Virus record (IMG/VR): IMGVR_UViG_3300021399_000140 | DNA length: 20,000 nt | Origin: an uncultured virus (IMG/VR IMGVR_UViG_3300021399_000140) | Lineage: Duplodnaviria; Heunggongvirae; Uroviricota; Caudoviricetes | Reading direction: 5' to 3' (one strand) | In this document: piece after piece, positions 10,731-18,684 of the stretch | Layout of the letters: each line of letters starts with the position of its first letter | Position numbering within the stretch: the first letter of the stretch is position 1 | Made by a program: the position numbers and the translations under genes | Notes under the pieces: model-generated | What the model was told of the DNA's origin: nothing | The model's input: the letters and a program-made list of their open reading frames with translations, nothing else | The model's database searches: none

Positions 10731-10909
10731 GTCAAAGTTGCGCTAATCTAAAACAGCCCTCTAAAATATCCAGCTTCTTCAAGAAGATCCAATGTCTCTT
10801 TTATATCTTGAACTGACCTTCCATACATTTGGCCAAATGCAGGAACTTCACATCTTGCAAATTCACCGCAGTCTTCTATTTCAATTCTTATTGTCTGAAG
10901 TTGCTCCAT
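10727..10909 (-). CDS. Small hypothetical protein, 60 aa
   Basis: Strong AGGAGG RBS before ATG 10909. Reading through TAG 10750 gives a TGA that overlaps the next ATG (ATGA coupling). Confidence 0.6.
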
Positions 10910-11360
10910 CTTCTTCCTCCTTTTGTTTCTTGTTAGCTTCAATGAACTCTGTCTCTAGCTTATGAAGTGCAGCGTCAATTGTGTCAATGTCAAAGTCTTT
11001 GATTGTTTTCAACTTGTCTTGTGAAAGCCAAAGAACAAGCATGCAAAGAACAACTTCTGCAGCAGAATCTCCATCATTTTTAGCAAGAAAATGGTTTACA
11101 ATGTTGAACTCCATCAACTATGTCTCTACAACTCCATCTTTTCTTACTGCACAAAGAGTGTTTAATGGACTAAAGCCATAACAAGCATTTTTGTCATCTG
11201 CTAGCTCTTTAGATCTAGAAATTATTTGAGAGTCAGTTACATAATATGAATATGCCACTGCTTTTGTTTCCTAAAGCCATTTCTAAGGAACACTTTCTAG
11301 AACTTTCTTTCTAAAAACTGGATTTATCAGTTTTGTCACATTTTTCTTTGAAAACTTCAT
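10881..11360 (-). CDS. Hypothetical protein, 159 aa
   Basis: ATG at 11360 (MKFSKKNVTKLINP...), 3 TAGs, joins ORF 10881-11117, TGA stop. Confidence 0.65.
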
Positions 11361-11398
11361 AACATATAATAATGTACATGTTTAGATCATTATTTAAA

Positions 11399-11411
11399 GC
11401 AGAAGTAAATA
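11399..11411 (+). promoter_or_regulatory. Putative late promoter GCAGAAGTAAATA
   Basis: Lies in the divergent intergenic region, upstream of an AAAGGA RBS and ATG 11433. Confidence 0.6.
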
Positions 11412-11432
11412 GTATTTAAAGGAATTTAGATA

Positions 11433-12461
11433 ATGGCAGACATTCTTACGGAACAAGTATCAAATCTTAAGCTTACAGACTTTGTCATAACGGATTTGGG
11501 CGATATTGCAAATCTAAAGACATTGTAGGGTCCAGAAGGTCCGCCCGGTAAAGATGGTGGAATAGATGAGATTGTTGACTATTTTGGAAAAGTCTCAATA
11601 ATAAAGCCAGTAAATAAAAACAATATACCTGTCCATTTACATGCAGAATTTTATGATTCTCCAGATTTTACTGGATCTATAGTGTTTACATTTGACACAA
11701 AGAATAATGTTTGCAGACAAAACACATATGCTTTTATGGGCGCATTGTCTAAAGAAGGAAATGATTGGCTAAACAATGCTTGGATGAATATGTATGATAG
11801 TCCAGGAACAACTAATGGTTTAGGAGCTGAATTTGACAATTATCCAGTTTTGTTAGATATTCGATCATTCATAAAAGATAATGATGAAATATTGAATAGA
11901 TTAAAAGAAACTAAGCATTTTTATGCAAAGTATGTTTGGTATTGGATGGAAGGAAATGTTGAACACAAATCTGACAACTACTCATTGGTGTTTCCAAGCA
12001 TAAGTGAGACAACTTCAATTATCTAGCAATAGGGAAATCCAATGCAAAACAATACTACTACAGCAAGCAATATAGTATATGTAGAGAATTCAAATGATGA
12101 TTTGTTTGAAATATATCCAAATTCTATAACTATAATAACTACTGCACTTACAAAAGACACTGCTAAAATATTGCTAGACAACTATTCATTAGAGAAAACT
12201 TATAGATTCTAGTTCAAGACTGGAGATGAAGGATTTGATGCTGATTAGCTAGAAATCTACTATAAAGAAATATCAGGTGGAAATGTAAGAGCAGATGAAC
12301 TTAAACGAAACATAAACATTGCACTTAAAAAATACTAGAGAACTAAAGCAAATGTAGCAACATTCAATGCTAACACTAAATATCTTATAGAATGCTAGTT
12401 GCAGATGGTGACACTTATTTCATCTGCAGAAATTGAAGAAGAACAAGAAAATGAACAATGA
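11433..12461 (+). CDS. Putative virion/tail-associated protein with a short collagen-like motif, 342 aa
   Basis: ATG at 11433, 7 TAGs, TGA at 12459-12461. Contains L(Q)GPEGPPGKDG Gly-X-Y triplets, and the late motif lies upstream. Confidence 0.6.
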
Positions 12462-12474
12462 TTGAGAGCATGAC

Positions 12475-13131
12475 ATGAAAAAAATATTATTGATTTTTGC
12501 TGCATTTCTTTCAACAACTGCTTTTAGCTGTTGGTTTGGAACATATGATTATGAAGACTACATCTATTCAATAAACAACATACAATTGCATACATCATCT
12601 GTAAAAGTGCAACCATATCATACAACAGTAAAATACACAATCAAAAACAACATGGTTGTAGATTTTCCAATATCTGTCTCGGTCAAGCTTGTATCTTAGG
12701 ATGAAGTTAATCTTGGTGGAACAACTATAAAAAACAGCAAGCCAGAAATAATAAAATGCGCATTGCAATATAGAGTTCTCCCAAATGGAAATTGGGTAAC
12801 AGTACAAGAATATCAAACACCTACTGGAACAATTCCATCATCATATCCTGCAAATTTCTATTTTGGAAGAAATAACATAAGTCCTGTATGCAAGAAAGGT
12901 GACATCATAATGATTAGAGTATATGTCACTGATGGAATGTGGCAGTCTGGTGATATCAACAGTATGTGTGATGGACGATTGACTAATATTAAGTATGGCA
13001 TTCCAACTTTAGCAGATGAAATAACTGTCACTATGAATAGTTAGGGAAAATCACCAGATCTTGGTGGTGGCTGGCATCCAAATTTAGTGACCACTGTCAT
13101 TTGGTCTGGCAAGACACGTCCAATTAAGTGA
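12475..13131 (+). CDS. Secreted protein or lipoprotein, 218 aa, beta-rich
   Basis: ORFs 12475 and 12763 are in one frame; TAGs at 12697 and 13042; TGA stop. Signal peptide MKKILLIFAAFLSTTAFS-C. Confidence 0.7.
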
Positions 13132-13135
13132 ATTT

Positions 13136-13753
13136 ATGAAGAAGTTTTGGTATAAGCTTAAAGCAAGATTCTTGACTAGATTTGGAAGCATAAAAGTCTA
13201 CAAGTTTCCAATGTTCATAGTCTATGATCCATCTACTTATGATATGACAGGCCAAAGAATTTTAGATGTATTGAATATTCTACAGCCTGGTGACATAATT
13301 CTTCGCGGCTACAGACACTATCTTGATGGAATGTTCATTCCAGGAGACTACTCTCACGGAGCAATCTATGTTGGAGACAACAAGATAATACATGCAGTGG
13401 CAGCTGGTGTGTCAGAGATAGATGTTGTAGAGTTCTGCATGTGTGACAGAATATGCATACTAAGGCCTAGTAAACTTCAAGCTTCTGCAATAGAAACAGC
13501 TAAGAAGCTTGTTAAAGACAATGTTCCATATGACTTTGGCTTCAAGCGTGGAACTTCTGCACTTTATTGCTTTGAGCTTTGTGCTGAATGCTATAAGAAG
13601 TTTGACATATAGACAAAAACAGCCAAAGCGTTCTTTGGCTTGTTAAGAAAGAAAAATGTCTATACTGCAGGCAGTTTGTTTGAATGTCAAGACTTGACTA
13701 AAGTCTTCGAGTTCAATCCTAAGAGATCTATTGACTTTCAACTAGAGACTTGA
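13136..13753 (+). CDS. YiiX/YebB-like permuted papain-like NlpC/P60 cysteine hydrolase, 205 aa
   Basis: Motifs LQPGDIIL, YSHGAIYVG (catalytic His), IIHAV, PYDFGF and LYCFELCAECY (catalytic Cys). TAG 13610 is read through to TGA at 13751-13753. Confidence 0.85.
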
Positions 13754-14012
13754 TTGTCTAGCTTGAGACTAGCTTCCATTTTTTGTTCAACTTCTTAAGC
13801 TAGTCTTCTTTCTGCTTTCCATACACAAGTCCTTCAACTTCATTTCTGAATCTAGCTGTCTCAACTAGCTCAATTCCAGATGGAGACTTGTATATGAACT
13901 GCATCTTAGTTGGACGCTTGAATCTTACTGCTTCATCTTCAAGCATCTTCTTGATTCGCTCCTATTCAGCTTTAGGAAGAATAGGAGCTTTCTTTTTCTT
14001 TGCAAATGCCAT
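13713..14012 (-). CDS. Basic hypothetical protein, about 99 aa (absent from the ORF track)
   Basis: ATG at 14012 (MAFAKKKKAPILPKAE(Q)ERIKKMLEDEAVRFKRPTK...), 5 TAGs, TGA at 13715-13713. It fills the gap and overlaps the convergent gene by 41 nt. Confidence 0.6.
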
Positions 14013-14023
14013 TTCACATTCCA

Positions 14024-14368
14024 TTAACCGCTTATTGACGGAGCAGAATTGTCTATTGGACTGCTTGTGTAGACATAGCAAGCTCTTGGCTCTTCAGTGA
14101 ACTGATATGTCAATGGCTCTTCATATTCTTCATATGACTCTTCAAAAATAGCTTTTTCGCAAAAGTAGAACTCACCATGAATTCCTTTGATAAGATAGTC
14201 ACCAGTCTTGTTGACCATTTTCATGTCACCTTCAATAGTATGCACAAACACATAACCATCTTGAAGATACACATCATCTCCAGCAAACGCTTGAAGTTCA
14301 TCAAAGTTGTTGCCAGTATACTAGACAGCTTCAATTGGAATAAGTTTCTTCACATATTTCTTTATCAT
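14024..14368 (-). CDS. Conserved phage protein of the KKxxxIEAVQ / TxEG / GDYxIKG family (PGDYG-like), 114 aa
   Basis: AAGGAG RBS and ATG at 14368. Translation MIKKYVKKLIPIEAV(Q)YTGNN...HTIEGDM...GDYLIKGIHGEFYFCEKAIFEESYE; TAA stop. Confidence 0.8.
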
Positions 14369-14378
14369 CTTTAGCTCC

Positions 14379-14660
14379 TTACTTTATGTAACGTATAAAT
14401 CCATTGTTTTGCTTTGGAACATTCTTCATAAGCCATCTGTACAAGATCTTCTCTGGCATTCTTTCTAAGGCAATATAGTTGTCAAGAACTAAGTTCCTTA
14501 CTGCTGGACTGCTGCTCATTGTCAAATATCTCAAGCACATGAACTTTGAGAATGTCTTGAATGCTTCTTCATCATTGACATGCTTTTGGAATATCTTCTC
14601 CGACTTGTCGCAGATGATGTTTCCTAACGCTTCAAACATTATGTTAGGACCGTTTGCCAT
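14379..14660 (-). CDS. Clamp loader small subunit (T4 gp62-like), 93 aa
   Basis: Overlaps the end of the gp44-like gene. The pattern FSKFMCLRYLTM...N...L...LYRWLMKNVPK...FIRYIK resembles short gp62 homologues. Confidence 0.65.
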   Translation of the reverse strand: MANGPNIMFEALGNIICDKSEKIFQKHVNDEEAFKTFSKFMCLRYLTMSSSPAVRNLVLDNYIALERMPEKILYRWLMKNVPKQNNGFIRYIK

Positions 14661-15597
14661 AAGCTTGCACCACTACTAGCATTCCAAAGAAAGTTGGCTC
14701 TTTGTCAACTACGACATTGAGCTAGTAAAGAAGATCTGTCAGCTTAAGCACGGCCTAAGCGTCATCTACAATGTTGTTGTCAACAACATAGTTGAAAAGC
14801 AAAGATCCACCTTCAATGTAGTCAGACAGTTTTGCTTTGTTTTGCAGATAGAACTTTCTAACATCAAGAATGTTCTTGCATTCAAGCGTCTACTTTACTA
14901 CAGACGATATGAACTCTTCTTTTCCAGCATTTGCTACAATGTTGAACTTTACTACAAGTTCACCTGTATTGCAGCAGAACTGAAGGTAGTTTATTATTCT
15001 TCTGCAATCAGGACAGTACTTGAAGCTTTCTTGGACAAATTGCTTCAATGACTCTTTTGTATAAGTTATTTTCTCTGCATCAAGAATTTTCTTTACATGC
15101 TTAAGAAGATCTTTCATTCCAAAGCTAAGTGGAATTATTGGACAGCGAGAAAGAATTGCTGCCATGACTTTTTCCATATTTGCAGTAAGGATGAAACGCG
15201 TGTCATCCTACGCAGCTTCAATCAAAGTCCTAAGACCTTTCTAGAAATTGTTGTCACCACTAGATGATGCAGAGTCAATTTCATCTAGAACAACAATCTT
15301 AAGCTTTCCTTCAATTGACATTGCATTGCAGAATGGCTCGACTTCAGAACGCAGTCTGTCAACAGTTCCTTCAGTTGCGCACTTGACAAACAACACTTCT
15401 GCATCAAACTCATTGCATAAGATCTTAGCTAAAGTAGTCTTTCCAGAACCTTGGCACTAGATGAATGTCATGTTCTGCATAGCTTTATTCTTAATCATGT
15501 TCTTGAAGTACTGCTTCAAGTCTTCATCAAGAAGATAGTCTGCAAGCTTCTTTGGCCTATACTTGTCAACCCATAGCTCTTTGCAAATCTCACTCAT
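14644..15597 (-). CDS. Clamp loader ATPase subunit (T4 gp44 / RFC small subunit-like), 317 aa
   Basis: Motifs LWVDKYRPKKL, Walker A GSGKTT, Walker B VVLDEID, F(Q)KGLRTLIE, FILTAN, SRC and PDCRRIIN. It has 6 TAGs and ends at TAA 14646-14644. Confidence 0.92.
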
Positions 15598-15614
15598 AAT
15601 TATATAGTACCTTC

Positions 15615-16559
15615 TTAGAGAGTCATGAAGTCTGCTAGATTAGTTGATTCTTCATTTAAGACGTCGTTCTTGAAAAGTGTCTCATGCGCTTCTTTAACAA
15701 TCTTGTCTTCCAATGTCTTTGGTATTTCATCAAAAGAAATGAGCTTCTTGTTCAGCAAATACTGCTTAGCGGCGTCTTGGCTCTCTTTAAGCTTCGCTTT
15801 CAAAGCGCTTCTATCACGAATGAGCTTCAACGCTTTCTTAGGTCCAACTTTGTCAAACACTTTAGAGATGTTGTCTGCTCCATCTCCAAGCAATATCTTA
15901 GCAAGAAGATACTCATCAGCCGTAACGTCAAGACCAGCTACTTGTCTCTTCGCTTCTTTTCCAAACAAGTCATATTGGTGTATTCCATCAATCTGCAAAA
16001 AGTCATGGTCAGAAGCATACAAGACAATTGTGTTGTATTCATCTTTGAAGTTCTTCAAGATGCAAGCAATGACATCATCGCCTTCTGCTCCATCTACTCG
16101 AATGAAGTTGTATGTGCTGTAGATGTCAAGATCATTAAATATCACATTTGTGATGTAGTTCCTTATCTTGAACATGTCATAAGACTTCTTTCCAAGCTTT
16201 CGCTGCGCTTTATAGGCCGGATATAGCTTCTTTCTGAAGTTCTTTGACACATAGTCATCATCTGCGAATAGTATGTCAACTCGGTCTGCTAAGTCTAGCT
16301 CTTGCTGGAAATTGCGCTTTGTGAGCCAGTCAATTGTCTCAAAGCGCTTCATCACAAACTTTCTAAGGATCTTTGTGAACTCTTGACATGCTGTCAAGTC
16401 TGGCAGATTCTCTTGGTCAACTTCATCTGCTGGCTTTATCCAATGAGCTGCTAGTTGTGGCTGCTTTCTGCTAAACTCTGATATAGCGCCAAATATTGTG
16501 TAGTAGAGAAAATAGCTCTAGTCTACAAGTATCAAAAACTTCTCTTGCTTGTCTTTCAT
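15615..16559 (-). CDS. rnh: T4 RNase H-like 5'-3' exonuclease / flap endonuclease, 314 aa
   Basis: Motifs LILVD(Q)S, FRKKLYPAYKAQR, AEGDDVIA, ASDHDFLQ and GDGADNI..GPKKA (H3TH). One TAG at 16520; TAA stop. Confidence 0.9.
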
Positions 16560-16565
16560 GATAAT

Positions 16566-16594
16566 ATTGTATCATGTTAGACATGCTTGTAAAC
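16566..16594 (-). promoter_or_regulatory. Putative early (sigma70-type, T4 early-like) promoter GTTTAC-N17-TACAAT with extended -10 TG
   Basis: The minus strand reads GTTTAC aagcatgtctaacatga TACAAT attatc ATG, directly before the rnh-gp44-gp62 operon. Confidence 0.6.
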
Positions 16595-16596
16595 TA

Positions 16597-17433
16597 TCAA
16601 GCAATCACAAAGGTCTGTCCCTTAGACTCGTCTTTGATTATGTTCTCAATGATTGCGTTAAGCTCTTCTTTTCCTTCATCACCAATAGTAGTGTCAATCT
16701 AACCACCACCAATAAGCTGCACACTGCTGAACTTCTTTCTGATTATTCCAAGCTGTATCTTCAAGTTTGCAAGAAACAGCCTTTTCACATATGAGTCACC
16801 ATACAGCTGCTCCAATGGTGGAATGACTTGACAAGTGAGAAGAATCAACCTGTTTGGACCATCTGCTGGTGGTTCTGGAAACAATGTAAGAAGCTAAGTG
16901 AACTTGTCATACTAGAAGTCTGGATTGCTGCCACACATTCTTCTTGAAAGTTCAAACCATTCATTCATGTTGTGATACAGAACCCAACTTCCAACTGCGC
17001 TTGTTCCATTCATTCCAAACAGCGGTGTGCTTCCCATGCCTTGTCCAAAGAATGCATATGGAGAGAAGAACATGTCCATTCCTTGACCCATCAAGTTGTC
17101 TCTTGGCGTAGATATCTCTTTGACTGAAGATATGTTGAATCCATGCAAGTCAAGCCCTTTTCCTGGAACATAGAACTTAAGATTGACAGCTAGATACTTG
17201 TCTGGACCAAACCATGCATATTTTGTGTATATTTCTAGAGCGTCAGCTAAGCAGATCTCAATCTGCTTTCTTGTAAGCTCTGCCTAGACAAGGCCATCAC
17301 CAAGCTTTGTCAAGCCCCAATCAATAACTGCTTCAGCGTCTTTTATGTATGGCTCAAGCCAAGTAGACCGAACAATGTCAAAATGCTTCTAGTTCTGGTC
17401 ATCAACTTCTTCTATGTCTTCACCAATCTTCAT
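16597..17433 (-). CDS. Neck / head-tail adaptor protein (T4 gp13-like), 278 aa
   Basis: ATG at 17433, 5 TAGs, TGA at 16599-16597. Pattern IDWGLTKLG...V(Q)AELTRKQIEICLADALEIY...YVKRLFLANLKIQLGIIRKKFSSVQLIGGG(Q)I...GDEGKEEL. Confidence 0.8.
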
Positions 17434-17439
17434 AATCAC

Positions 17440-17491
17440 TATTTACTTCTGCAAAGAATATCTATAAGGACTTTATTAGCAAAAGTAAATA
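17440..17491. promoter_or_regulatory. Back-to-back pair of putative late promoters (inverted GCARAAGTAAATA)
   Basis: TATTTACTTCTGC (17440-17452, - strand) and GCAAAAGTAAATA (17479-17491, + strand) point into the gp13-like gene and the 17505 gene respectively. Confidence 0.7.
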
Positions 17492-17504
17492 ATCTTTGAT
17501 TATC

Positions 17505-18656
17505 ATGAAATACCAACATCCTACATACCAACATCCACTTGAAAGTCCAGCTTACATACAGCATAAGCTTATGCAATATAGAAAGCAGCTAACAAGAAGA
17601 CATTATCCACATCCTGTACCAGGACCAATGTATGGTGCAGTAGACTATGGTCCAGGTCATAGATGTGATTGCCATAATCATCACCCAAAGCCACCATGCC
17701 CATACGATGGAATTCCTAAAGTTCCAAGTGTGCATGTGTCTGACACTGTCAAAGTGACAGAAATACGAGATGCATTCAACAATCTTCGCTACAAGATAGT
17801 CATGTCAAGCATTGATGGCATAAGCAACACCGCGCTTGTAGAGCCAAAGTACTCTAAGTACTATGAAGTTGAAGTTGTGAATTGCTTCTCTGCGCCAAAT
17901 CCATTGGTAATTGTCCATAGACCAGCACCAGCTGAAGAAGCTATAGTCAAGCTTGAAGATGCACAAAAGCTTTTTGACAGCTATGTTGCAGCTTACTCTA
18001 ATCTTGTCAAAGCAGAGACAAAAGACTTCTAGGACATATGCGCATACAAAGAAGAAATTGGCTATGAGATGACTAAGCCAGAATGTTGCGCTACATGCAA
18101 ATGGTCTAGACTTGCTGCAACAGGAAATGACTATGTGTATGGTGTGACTGGAAGAATTGAATGCACAAATCCAGCAAATGCACTTGACTATGACTTCAAC
18201 AGCGAGCAGAACGGTCTTGCCGCATGTCCAAAAGATACACCTTACTACAAGCCAAAGTTCAAAGGAAAGCTTGTTATGTATCCAAATGTCCATATGTTTG
18301 GAAAATGCACTAAGTATGAAGAAGATGGAAGAGATCCATATTTGCCAATACAAGGTGACAGCGTAGCAGACATAATTGACCGTAGGACAGAAGCGGCATA
18401 TGATGAATTGCGTGAGACTATCTAGCAGAACATAGCTGATGGAATAGATGACCAAGTCAATGCTGCAGTAGATGCGGCTACATAGAACATTGGAGAGCAG
18501 ATCTAGCAGAATGTCTAGGACAACATACAAGATGCAATTGAAGACCAACTTCATAATGGTCGTCTTGTGATAGATGGAAATAGCCAAGTAGAAGACTACA
18601 ACAATGATGGAACAGTAAGCCAAGATGAGACAATCATCGGTGGCTTAGGTGCATAA
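17505..18656 (+). CDS. Hypothetical late protein, 383 aa: His/Pro-rich N-terminus, Cys cluster, Gln/Asp-rich coiled-coil C-terminus
   Basis: ORFs 17496 and 18069 are in one frame; TAGs at 18030, 18423, 18483, 18504 and 18516; TAA at 18654-18656. Contains ECCATCKW...C.NP...YPNVHMFGKC. Confidence 0.65.
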
Positions 18657-18684
18657 GAATTTTTTAACAATAAAGGAAACAACA

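Noticed and set aside
15457..15459. TAG at the first position of the gp44 Walker A loop, suggesting TAG=Gly
   Set aside because: That position is not Gly in T4 gp44 either (SPSPGTGKT), and the other diagnostic sites indicate Gln.
15625..16226. Two long plus-strand ORFs (165 and 180 aa)
   Set aside because: They are antisense to the clearly identified RNase H gene.
17805..18623. 272 aa hydrophobic minus-strand ORF
   Set aside because: It lies antisense to the 17505-18656 gene, its composition is typical of a shadow frame, and it has no supporting RBS or promoter.
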